This document shows, piece after piece, positions 55,718 through 64,000 of a DNA stretch of 64,000 nt. A program made the translations under genes and the position numbers. The stretch's first letter is position 1. Each line of letters begins with the position of its first letter. The notes under the pieces are model-generated. The model had not been told where the DNA came from. It made no database searches and saw only the letters and a program-made list of their open reading frames with translations. The DNA comes from Candidatus Poribacteria bacterium (GTDB lineage: Bacteria; Poribacteria; WGA-4E; WGA-3G), in NCBI GenBank assembly GCA_965220065.1, contig OZ244804.1, positions 1,344,915 to 1,408,914 on the forward strand. The letters run 5' to 3'.

Positions 55718-58618
55718 CTATAGTTTTTCGAGGGGGATGTGAAACATCTTGCCATGCCGAGTAGCAATATAAAGTTTATCGTTGCTGACAACAAGAGAAC
55801 CGACCTCATCTGGAACACTTGGGGAAATCTGATGCCATCTCTGACGGTCATTCAAACGATAGACCCCTGTATCACCAGCACCATAAACGTTGGTATGATC
55901 GACAGCGAGTCTATCGATGACGAGACGTTCACCCATTTCATCGGTGAGCACACGCCAGTGTTCGCCGTTCTGTGAAGCCAAGACGCCTTCGTCCGTTGCG
56001 ACATAAACCGTTGATCCCACAAAGACTATCTCTTTGAAATCGATAAAATGGAGCGGAAGGATCGGTGTGAGGTCTTTCCAACTGTTTCCTTCATCAAGTG
56101 ATTGAAACAGTTTACCATTCCGTTTACCGACGTAGACGGTTTCTCCTGAAACTGCTAACTTAAAGCCTTTATCGGATCTGTCATTAAGCGATCCACTGGT
56201 ATCTATTAACCCGGTATCTGTCCATTCCGAGTCGCCGGGTTTCCACCTGAAGAGCCGGTGCTTCCATTCGGCGTAGAACGTCTGTCCACTGACTGCGAAC
56301 CCGCCAATTCGGCTATAGTCTGTAACTAAGGACGCTACTACTTCTGGAAAGTCCTCGTTTCCTTCACTATTACCTGACAGAAGTCCCTGTGTGAGTGCTT
56401 CTGTCCATGCCACCAACTCAGTAGACGAGAGTTCCCGTTCAAAAGTGGGCGCCCTTTGAACCGGGACAAATGTGTTGTCACCTACAGATAATTGAAAAAG
56501 GCGTAGGTTGTCTTTTCCAGGAGCAATTCCATAAAGAGCGTCTCCAGCAGTTTCTAACTGTGAAGCGAGAGAGAAATGAAGCGGAGAAAACTCTTCTTCT
56601 ATCCCTTCACGCTTCTGTTTAGGTGTCTCAATTCCAACGGTTTCCCACACCTCACCCCCGTCAACTGACTGGACGATTCCTCTATCGGTACGTGCATAAA
56701 GTCTATTGTTGACCGTAACGAGATCCTGTATTGTCGTTTCCGTTATCCCATTCGTAAATGGGTGCCATGATTTGCCGCCATCGGTTGTGCGATGAACACC
56801 AAATGAACCGCCCTTGTAAAAAGTGTTCTTGTTTGTCGTTACGACTCCTTGTGGTAAAAACGTTTCGCCGGTGTGCACCAGAGTTACCGCACCAAGTGCT
56901 GTACTCCTAAAGGGGGATTCATTTCCGTGCGTTATTTCAGTCCACGATGCTCCTAAGTCGGTTGAGTGGAAAACCCTCTCTAAATTTGGGCTGTCCGTGA
57001 TGTGTATCTGTACTGTAATATTTTCAATATTTTCGCTTGATTCGAGAAACTTCCATCTTGATGGCTCAGGTCCCGTTACAACATAGAGATTATTTTCAAA
57101 AACGGTTAGAGACAGGATGGCGTGTTGGGACGGATGAACCGATAATCGCTCCCAGATATCTGAATTGAGGCGATAGAGTCCCTTGTTTGTACCAGCAAAT
57201 ATTGTGTTTCCAACCGCGGCTACTGCGTAAACAGTTTCGTCTGTGAGTCCATTTTCCAAAAGATTCCACTGGGCACCAGCATCTGTGGATCGGAAAACAC
57301 CTTTGGTTTGAAGGCCGAGATACATTACAGGACGTGGTTGTGAGTTATATTTATCTGTTTCATTCATGACGATAAGTCCAACGGCATGTCCCTCTGGTCG
57401 GGAGCAAAGGACCTTCCACGTTTCACCATTATTCGTTGAAGCGAATATTTTGTCGGTGGAAACAATATAGAGGGTGTCGGCATGTTCTGCCATTGGCATC
57501 CGGAACCGTCCGCTTGGTATACTCGTATTGATGCGCGTCCATGTGGTTGCGTCCGATGCGAGTCTATAGATACCCGTCGGTGCAGCAGCGTAAAGGACAC
57601 TTTCAGACGTAACGAAAAGATCCAGGACGGTACCTCCGTAGGGTCCATTTGTTTGTGTCCATTGTGAAGTGGAGAACTTAGCGGAATCCTCCTGTGTATT
57701 GGGTGCTAAAACCGTCTCGGTGATTTGTTGACCGATCCCTCTGCTTTCACTCGGAATAGCGGCATGCCCGACCTGACGCCGCACAGCAGGCTTTGAATCA
57801 ACATTAAGCACAATAGGGGCATCAACGATTTCAATTGTGGGTTCAGATTGTGCCTCAAAACTGTAGGGCTTCTGAAAACGGGTAATGTATTGATTGCTTG
57901 CACCCAGCAGCAACAAAACCACGATGACAGTCGCGCCAAAAGCCGTCCACGGGAGCAGGGGTTTCCCAACAGGAGGCGGTGTCGGTTTCAGGTCAGCGAC
58001 CTGCTGCATGATGTTCTCAGTTAGGCTGGTGGGTAATTGGACACCGCCGAGTACATCGCTCACCAAAAGTTCCTCTTTCTCTTGCAAACGCTTTCGTGCC
58101 CGATGCAGTCGACTGTGAATCGTCTTCACAGACACACCCAAGAATTTACCGATTTCCTTCGCGTTCATTTCGCCGAGGTAGTAAAGCGTCACGACCGTGC
58201 GTTCGCTCTCCGGCAGTCTGGCGAGAAGTTTTTTGACGATTTCACTGCGGCGTTCAGAGGTTTCTGTCTCGCGCTGCTCCGATACATAACGGATATAGGA
58301 GAATTTCTCTATTTCTTCCGTAGATGTCCCATCCAGCGATTGCATCGTGGGTTTCTTCTTCCGGATCCAATTCAGGCAAAGTCTATTTGCGATGACATAG
58401 AGCCACCCCGCAAACTGGTTCAGATCCTTGAGTGTTGAGAGTTTTTTGTATGCCTGAAGGAAGGTATCTTGTGTGATTTCTTCAGCGTGATGAAAGTCAC
58501 CAATCTTCCGCCACGCAAGGGCATGGACACTTTTTCTGTATTTCTGAACCAAGGTGCTAAACGCGGTGTCGTCGCCTGACAAAACACTGCGAATCAGTTG
58601 AACATCATCTCTTTCCAT
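55718..58618 (-). CDS. ECF sigma-70 factor fused in one polypeptide to a TM helix and a ~720-aa extracytoplasmic BNR/Asp-box beta-propeller domain
   Basis: Sigma region 2, 'HHAEEITQDTFLQAYKK'. Region 4 HTH, 'AKEIGKFLGVSVKTIHSRLHRARKRL'. TM 'LLPWTAFGATVIVVLLLLGA'. Six or more S-x-D-x-G-x-x-W boxes (STNNGETW, STDAGAQW, STDLGASW, TTDGGKSW, SVDGGEVW, SLDEGNSW). Confidence 0.75.
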   Translation of the reverse strand: MERDDVQLIRSVLSGDDTAFSTLVQKYRKSVHALAWRKIGDFHHAEEITQDTFLQAYKKLSTLKDLNQFAGWLYVIANRLCLNWIRKKKPTMQSLDGTSTEEIEKFSYIRYVSEQRETETSERRSEIVKKLLARLPESERTVVTLYYLGEMNAKEIGKFLGVSVKTIHSRLHRARKRLQEKEELLVSDVLGGVQLPTSLTENIMQQVADLKPTPPPVGKPLLPWTAFGATVIVVLLLLGASNQYITRFQKPYSFEAQSEPTIEIVDAPIVLNVDSKPAVRRQVGHAAIPSESRGIGQQITETVLAPNTQEDSAKFSTSQWTQTNGPYGGTVLDLFVTSESVLYAAAPTGIYRLASDATTWTRINTSIPSGRFRMPMAEHADTLYIVSTDKIFASTNNGETWKVLCSRPEGHAVGLIVMNETDKYNSQPRPVMYLGLQTKGVFRSTDAGAQWNLLENGLTDETVYAVAAVGNTIFAGTNKGLYRLNSDIWERLSVHPSQHAILSLTVFENNLYVVTGPEPSRWKFLESSENIENITVQIHITDSPNLERVFHSTDLGASWTEITHGNESPFRSTALGAVTLVHTGETFLPQGVVTTNKNTFYKGGSFGVHRTTDGGKSWHPFTNGITETTIQDLVTVNNRLYARTDRGIVQSVDGGEVWETVGIETPKQKREGIEEEFSPLHFSLASQLETAGDALYGIAPGKDNLRLFQLSVGDNTFVPVQRAPTFERELSSTELVAWTEALTQGLLSGNSEGNEDFPEVVASLVTDYSRIGGFAVSGQTFYAEWKHRLFRWKPGDSEWTDTGLIDTSGSLNDRSDKGFKLAVSGETVYVGKRNGKLFQSLDEGNSWKDLTPILPLHFIDFKEIVFVGSTVYVATDEGVLASQNGEHWRVLTDEMGERLVIDRLAVDHTNVYGAGDTGVYRLNDRQRWHQISPSVPDEVGSLVVSNDKLYIATRHGKMFHIPLEKL

Positions 58619-58647
58619 CAGGATTCTCCATAATTAACGTTTTCGGT

Positions 58648-60072
58648 TCAAATATCCAACCTAAAGAATTTCAGAAACGCCACGGTTGTTAACGCTGCCG
58701 CAAAGAAGCAGAGCAGCAAAACATCCACTATAGACCGGCGCAACGTTTCACCTAAGGAAGTTACGACCAAATTCGGCGGTGGCGCGATTTTTTCCTCACT
58801 TGACTCAGATGGATTCATGCGAACTGCTATTTGCATTATCTGTGCAAAGGGATCATCTGAGATATGAGAGAAATAATCTGTATTGAGTTGTGCATAGTAG
58901 GATTCACCGGTTTGGAAGTAGGTATTCCTTTTGAGTTTTCCTGTCTGCGTTAAGTTCATGACGAGAAAGGTTAAGGAAGACGTGGGTGTGATTCGGGAAA
59001 GCGTCTCGCCCACGGATTCTTGCCTCAATTTTTCACGTTGATAGGCTCTATCAATCTTGTTCGCTTGATCCTCAAATTTCAGCCGATATTCCTTCTCAAT
59101 AGGTTCGCGGAGTTCTTGTAAAGTATCCTCGCCATCTGTTCTTATCTCAAGGCGGCCTCCTGTGGCATCCATAATTTTTTTTGTGATCTTCTCATCCTTC
59201 TCTGCATTGAGATTGTTGCGGACTGCTGTCTTTTCCATATAGACACTCTGTACTGTTCGAGTGGGTGCGATGAGTTTCGCGGTAACAAAACCAGCCCGTG
59301 GTGCAATCAACACAGCAAATACCCAGAGCGTAAAAGCGACGATGAGTGCCGTTTTGGAATCGTCCAGATAGGTGGAGATCACCGTTCCTATCGCAAAAAA
59401 CACCGCAATATAGAGCATTGAAGCTCCTGTTAGGCTGAGTACCCGTGGAAAAACGTCGGGCTCACCCAATGGGAACCCTTGCCAGACAAGCACGAGTAAA
59501 CCGAACAGGAATGAGACTAAGAACGGGATGACGAAGACGATGTATCCGCCGATCAACTTACTCCATAGAAAAAGATCGCGCGGTAACGCATTTGCTAAGG
59601 TAATTCGCAGTGTCCCGGCTTCTCTTTCCCCTGCAACGGCGTCAAACGTAAACAGGAGGGCGAGCAAACTGAAAACGGTGCTGACGACAAACAGAAAGTC
59701 AAGATGTCCTAAAGCATAAGAAAGTGGTGCTTCCGCCAATGTTGTTGAACCCCGTCTGACACCATTACGGGTCATTCCAAGATAGGTAGGGAGTGCTTCC
59801 TCTAACCCGTTCGCGAAGACGCTCAACGGCGTGGGGTTGAGATATAGTTTGGAAACCTCCTTATCTGGATCCTGGGCATTTGGCGGATCCTCTTTCGCTT
59901 TAGCATTTGCGCGTTTAACTGCCTCCTGATAGTCTACCTGATTCTGACGATAGTGTCGATAATTGATAGAAAGCGTGAGCGGTATGAGCAGGACACACAT
60001 CAAAAGGAGCGCGACGAACCGGACGCTCAAAATGTGATGCATCATTTCTTTCTGAATTAAGGTCATTAACAT
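58648..60072 (-). CDS. Permease-like polytopic membrane protein (ABC-2-permease-like N-terminus, coiled-coil region, C-terminal TM), paralog A
   Basis: Start set at MLMTLIQKEMMHH by homology with paralog B. GGAGA RBS. The conserved upstream 110 bp is shared with 63840-63940. Confidence 0.5.
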   Translation of the reverse strand: MLMTLIQKEMMHHILSVRFVALLLMCVLLIPLTLSINYRHYRQNQVDYQEAVKRANAKAKEDPPNAQDPDKEVSKLYLNPTPLSVFANGLEEALPTYLGMTRNGVRRGSTTLAEAPLSYALGHLDFLFVVSTVFSLLALLFTFDAVAGEREAGTLRITLANALPRDLFLWSKLIGGYIVFVIPFLVSFLFGLLVLVWQGFPLGEPDVFPRVLSLTGASMLYIAVFFAIGTVISTYLDDSKTALIVAFTLWVFAVLIAPRAGFVTAKLIAPTRTVQSVYMEKTAVRNNLNAEKDEKITKKIMDATGGRLEIRTDGEDTLQELREPIEKEYRLKFEDQANKIDRAYQREKLRQESVGETLSRITPTSSLTFLVMNLTQTGKLKRNTYFQTGESYYAQLNTDYFSHISDDPFAQIMQIAVRMNPSESSEEKIAPPPNLVVTSLGETLRRSIVDVLLLCFFAAALTTVAFLKFFRLDI

Positions 60073-60415
60073 TAAGGTGTCTCCGTTTCCAAATCGGGAT
60101 ATGATACGCTTCAACTAATAAAGACACAATTTTAGAGGAAAAACTTGCATAATCTGAAAAAATCAGAGGAATTAAGATTTTAAGGTAAATGGGACTTATA
60201 CGATGGTTTAAAATTGTCTGATACACTGATATTATGAAAACATTAACCCTTTCTGAAAAGAGACAACTGCTATTAGTGGATTATAGCCAATTTCTATTAG
60301 CAAGTTTCCATAACTTCACGCACATCTACTCTGCAACACATACCCGGGATGGAATCATAATCAACTTAATCGGTTTCTGCGACTAGAACACCTTCTCGTC
60401 TGCGAATTCTAATAC

Positions 60416-61171
60416 CTAAAACTTCTTCAACTGTCCCCAAATCATTGCAAGTTTCGATTGAGGTAATACCGATAACCCACCCTTATTTGGAATATTGTTA
60501 CCAATGATGGTGATATTGTCGAATCTTGCCGTGTAATTAGCGAGACCGAAACCGGCACCGCCTGCTGGGTGGTTCGCGATGTTTCCTACCTTTAACATGA
60601 GTTCTTTACCGTCATGTAGGAAGATAAAGGGATCTCCTGTTTCCATAATTTTTCTTCCATTTATCGAAAAAATGAAATGATCTCCTCTAACGCTCAACTT
60701 GAGTTTAGACCATTTATTTGATTTTAAAAGCCGGTGAGGTTTTATTGACAGTGCTTCACCTATGTTTCCAGCAAAATCACGACTGCTACACATCGCTTTT
60801 GATTCAGGGTCGTTTAAGAAGAGATCAGAAATCGTACACCAAACTGTCCGGCTTCTTTCAACCCGTGCGACAATACTGATATTTCCGGGACCGCGTTTTT
60901 CAAGAGGCTTGACGTTAACCTCAATACTATAATCTTGCCATGTTTCATCACCTGTCGTAAAAAAGCGGGCGCCTCCTCCAGGGTTTGTCATCTCGAGTTC
61001 ACCATCAACAATTTCCCATGAACCGGGTGCAGCATCATGCGCGTTAAGTTCCCTCCAATCTTTTAAAGCATCCTCATCAAAAGTTTCCACGAATGTACCT
61101 GCCCAAACAGAGGAGGTGAGGAGAAGTATACCTAATCCAATGCTTAACACTTTCATAATGTTACCTTTCAT
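60416..61171 (-). CDS. Secreted DUF1080 protein
   Basis: Paralog of 54896-55660: 'GTFVETFDEDALKDWRE...WEIVDGELE', with C-terminal '...MIWGQLKKF'. Confidence 0.7.
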   Translation of the reverse strand: MKGNIMKVLSIGLGILLLTSSVWAGTFVETFDEDALKDWRELNAHDAAPGSWEIVDGELEMTNPGGGARFFTTGDETWQDYSIEVNVKPLEKRGPGNISIVARVERSRTVWCTISDLFLNDPESKAMCSSRDFAGNIGEALSIKPHRLLKSNKWSKLKLSVRGDHFIFSINGRKIMETGDPFIFLHDGKELMLKVGNIANHPAGGAGFGLANYTARFDNITIIGNNIPNKGGLSVLPQSKLAMIWGQLKKF

Positions 61172-61468
61172 AGGACTTACACAATATTGATAGAAATAGC
61201 AGGTTTATGAAGTTGTTGTCGTATGTAATGATCGAGTAAACTTTCTTTGAGTTGATAAATCGTTTGACCGACGGTACGGGCGACACGCGTCAAACTCACC
61301 ACCGCTCCGTTGGCTGCGAACGAGTTGAATCGCTTTAGCATACGGTTTTGCCACGACGGTATCGTTAAAAAGGAGGTATCCCTGGGGATGAAAGTCTATG
61401 TCATTTTCCACCGAGCACCAGTGGTGTCTAAGACTCCCTATAATCTGCGAAATCTGCGATTCAGACAC

Positions 61469-62293
61469 CTAAAACGCCTTCCGTTTAATATTGCCCCATG
61501 TCGTAGCGACCTTATCTTTCGGCGAAACCGAGAGCAAGGGACCCCGCATTGTCTTCCTGACTTCATCTTCACTGAGCGCACGATTCCATATCGCGACTTC
61601 ATCGATGGAACCGTCTTCAAAGGCGGACTGTGGCTTATTCTTCACACAACCAATCCGCAAATCCTCTTCATTGACGCCCTTGAAATTAATGTTAGCTTTG
61701 TCTATAGGTTGGATTATAATCTCTCCGTCAAGATACATCTTCACACCTCTACGCTCACAGACCCCCACAATGTGATGCCACTTTTTATCCTCCATTGTAT
61801 TATCAACCATATGGAGTTGCTGGACTTCACCGGTCCCTAATACAATTCCAATACCGGAGTCCCTCTTAAACAATCCAGCACCACCAAGTTCCTTCTCATC
61901 AAAGACTGCCATACCGTATACACTATGGGGGTCCCCGCCACGAGTCCCTTTATCAAACCACTGCGAAGAACGTCCCTTCCAATTCTCGTGATACACCCAT
62001 GCCATCATCGTGATTTCCTCAGTGATTTCTAATTTATGGGAGGCTGGCACATTCACACAATCTTCAGTTTCGCCAGTGATACGGATCGCATTCCCGTATT
62101 TACCCTCGACAAATTTAGCATTTTTGATCACTTCAGCATCCAGACCGTTCCCGGATTCATCAAGGATCTGCTTGCCATTAACGTTGTCAAACGTGAAGTA
62201 AACAACAAGCCCTTCAGTGAGATCTGCTGTAGTATATCTTGCTGTGATAAATATCAAAACAAATAATAAAAGTTGGAGAAATACATGTCTCAT
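61469..62293 (-). CDS. Secreted LamG/DUF1080-like jellyroll protein
   Basis: Start ATG 62293 with a perfect GGAGG RBS. Signal peptide. 'GNGLDAEVIKNAKFVEGKYGNAIRI' LamG-like. C-terminal '...TTWGNIKRKAF'. Confidence 0.6.
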   Translation of the reverse strand: MRHVFLQLLLFVLIFITARYTTADLTEGLVVYFTFDNVNGKQILDESGNGLDAEVIKNAKFVEGKYGNAIRITGETEDCVNVPASHKLEITEEITMMAWVYHENWKGRSSQWFDKGTRGGDPHSVYGMAVFDEKELGGAGLFKRDSGIGIVLGTGEVQQLHMVDNTMEDKKWHHIVGVCERRGVKMYLDGEIIIQPIDKANINFKGVNEEDLRIGCVKNKPQSAFEDGSIDEVAIWNRALSEDEVRKTMRGPLLSVSPKDKVATTWGNIKRKAF

Positions 62294-62408
62294 TTTTGTC
62301 CTCCTATTGGATTTTCCAAACAAAAAGCCTCAATAAACCGAAGTAGAATAAAATAGAGTTTGAAGGCAATTAAATTCCCTCATAATTCCAAACTCTGACG
62401 TTTTCCGC

Positions 62409-63839
62409 TCAAATATCTGTGCGGAAGAATTTCAGAAATGCCACGGTTGTTAGCGCAATTGCGAAGAAACAGAGTAGTATCGCGTCCACAACCGATCGAC
62501 GGAATGTCTCTCCTAAGGGCGTTATCTCTAAAGGGGAGGGTTGTGTGATTTTGACACCCGCATGGTGATGTCCCTTATAGGTATGGTCTGAAATTTTGCT
62601 GAACACCTCCGTGTCAAGTCTATCCCAGTAGCGATTTCCTGCTTGCAAGTAGTTGCTTCTTTTTCCCTTTCCGGTTTGTGTCAAGTTCGTCGCGAGATAG
62701 ATTAAAGAAGATGTGGGTGTCATTCGGGAGAGCGTCTCACCGATTTGCTCTTGTCGTTCTGTTTCACGTTTGTAATCGCGGTCGAGTTTATCAGAGTGGT
62801 TTTGGAATTTTAAGCGATATTCCTCTTCAAGCGGTGCCATGTGCGCATCGATTTTTTCCGCGTTTTTTCCACCCGGCATGATGAACGTGATCCTGCGTCC
62901 CATCTCATCCGTTATCTCGTCCCATTCGAGCTGAGACATTATTTTCTTTTTTTCCTTTTCGAGGGTTGTATTGAAATCTTCTCGCATCGCTGTTTTCTCC
63001 ATATAGACGCTCTGCGGCGTTCGTGTCGGGGCAATGAGTTTGGCTGCCAGAAACCCAACGCGTGGTGTAATCAGTACGGCAAACACCCAAACAGTAAAGG
63101 CAACGATGAGTGCCGTCTTGGCACTATCGAGGTAGATGGAAATCACCGTCCCTATCGCGAAAAACACGGCGATATAAAGTAAGGAGACGAGGGTTAAACT
63201 GAGTACTCGTGGAAAAATGTCGGACTCACCGAGCGGAAACCCTTGCCAAACGATTAAGAGTAAACCGAAGATAAACGACACCAAGAAGGGAACAACAAAC
63301 ACAAGGTATCCGCCGATCAACTTGCTCCATAGGAATACGTCGCGCGGGAGGGCGTTCGCTAAAGTAATCCGCAACGTCCCTGCTTCTCTTTCCCCGGCAA
63401 CGGCATCGAACGTAAACAGCAACGCAAGCAGACTAAAAACTGTCCCGACCACAAAGAGAAAATCGAGATGCCCCAGCAGATAGGAAAGTGGTGAGGCAAT
63501 TAAAGCATCGGGTCCCTGTGTAATCCCATTGCGTGTTATACCCAGATAACTCGGGAGCACGTTTTCGAGTCCGTTTGCGAAAACGCTCAAAGGTGTCGGT
63601 TTGAGAAAGAGTTTGGAAACTTCCTGTTCCGGTTTAGGGGGTGAGTTCGGATTCACTTCCGCCTCTTCAAGGTTTGCCCGTTTAATGGCTTCTTGATAGT
63701 CCACTAAATTTTGGCGATAATTGCCGTAATTGATATGCAAGGTAAGCGGAACAAGCAACAGACACATCAAAAGGAGCGCGACGAACCGGACGCTGAGAAT
63801 ATGATGCATCATTTCTTTCTGAATTAAGGTCATTAACAT
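62409..63839 (-). CDS. Permease-like membrane protein, paralog B (about 70% aa identity to paralog A)
   Basis: The N-terminus, TM core and C-terminal TM align with 58648-60072. Confidence 0.5.
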   Translation of the reverse strand: MLMTLIQKEMMHHILSVRFVALLLMCLLLVPLTLHINYGNYRQNLVDYQEAIKRANLEEAEVNPNSPPKPEQEVSKLFLKPTPLSVFANGLENVLPSYLGITRNGITQGPDALIASPLSYLLGHLDFLFVVGTVFSLLALLFTFDAVAGEREAGTLRITLANALPRDVFLWSKLIGGYLVFVVPFLVSFIFGLLLIVWQGFPLGESDIFPRVLSLTLVSLLYIAVFFAIGTVISIYLDSAKTALIVAFTVWVFAVLITPRVGFLAAKLIAPTRTPQSVYMEKTAMREDFNTTLEKEKKKIMSQLEWDEITDEMGRRITFIMPGGKNAEKIDAHMAPLEEEYRLKFQNHSDKLDRDYKRETERQEQIGETLSRMTPTSSLIYLATNLTQTGKGKRSNYLQAGNRYWDRLDTEVFSKISDHTYKGHHHAGVKITQPSPLEITPLGETFRRSVVDAILLCFFAIALTTVAFLKFFRTDI

Positions 63840-63930
63840 TAAGGTGTCTCCACTTCCAAATCGGGATATGATACGCTTCAGTTAATAAAGACACAATTTT
63901 GAGGGCAAAACTTGCATAATCTGAAAAATA

Positions 63931-64000
63931 TCAAATATCTGTGTGGAAGAATTTCAGAAATGCCACGGTTGTTAGCGCAATTGCGAAGAAACAGAGCAGT
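63931..64000 (-). CDS. Permease-like membrane protein, paralog C (3' end only; truncated by the window edge)
   Basis: 63941-64000 is about 95% identical to 62411-62470. It encodes '...LLCFFAIALTTVAFLKFFHTDI*'. Confidence 0.4.
   Translation of the reverse strand, partial: LLCFFAIALTTVAFLKFFHTDI

Noticed and set aside
44326-62323. Conserved C-terminal motif '...K(L/V)xxxWG(N/Q/R)(L/I)K...' shared by four secreted proteins (44326, 54896, 60416, 61469). I first considered it a possible novel C-terminal sorting tag.
   Set aside because: The motif corresponds to the final beta-strand of the DUF1080/LamG jellyroll fold. Family members characteristically end with a W-x-N-[IL]-K-like strand. It is therefore a fold signature shared by paralogs, not a sorting signal.

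Overview
The window is a 64 kb chromosomal segment with about 50% GC, almost certainly from an uncultivated bacterium. The gene content suggests a PVC-like or Poribacteria-like lineage (this is inference). It is gene-dense, and most genes have AGGAG-type ribosome-binding sites. Catabolic and glycan-related families dominate: four enolase-superfamily (MR/MLE) enzymes, four phytanoyl-CoA-dioxygenase (PhyH) paralogs, four secreted DUF1080/LamG (3-keto-disaccharide-hydrolase-like) proteins, a sulfatase, a BNR/sialidase-like protein, Gfo/Idh/MocA, two carbon-nitrogen hydrolases, an amidohydrolase and UDP-glucose dehydrogenase. Housekeeping genes include asd, HU, aspartate aminotransferase, a DnaJ/CbpA-like protein and one tRNA-Leu(CAG) with a textbook promoter. 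The most unusual elements are listed below.
1. A regulatory module at about 5.6-11 kb in which a sigma-54 enhancer-binding protein carries an N-terminal Rieske [2Fe-2S] domain (Rieske-GAF-PAS-AAA+-HTH). It lies divergent from a second Rieske-domain protein and a VOC-family gene. The two upstream regions share an 18-bp near-palindromic motif, and the control region also contains direct repeats.
2. A 966-aa single-chain ECF sigma factor fused through one TM helix to a large BNR/Asp-box beta-propeller sensor domain. It sits inside an array of DUF1080 genes and three tandem paralogous permease-like genes, each with its own conserved promoter and 5' UTR.
3. At least three families of small intergenic palindromic (REP/MITE-like) repeats, including a 243-bp MITE-like element with perfect 19-bp terminal inverted repeats and a tandemly duplicated ~116-bp unit.
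4. A BrnT/BrnA toxin-antitoxin pair, and a sodC-WD40 segment bracketed by PhyH direct-repeat paralogs.
No CRISPR array, transposase, integrase or rRNA is visible.
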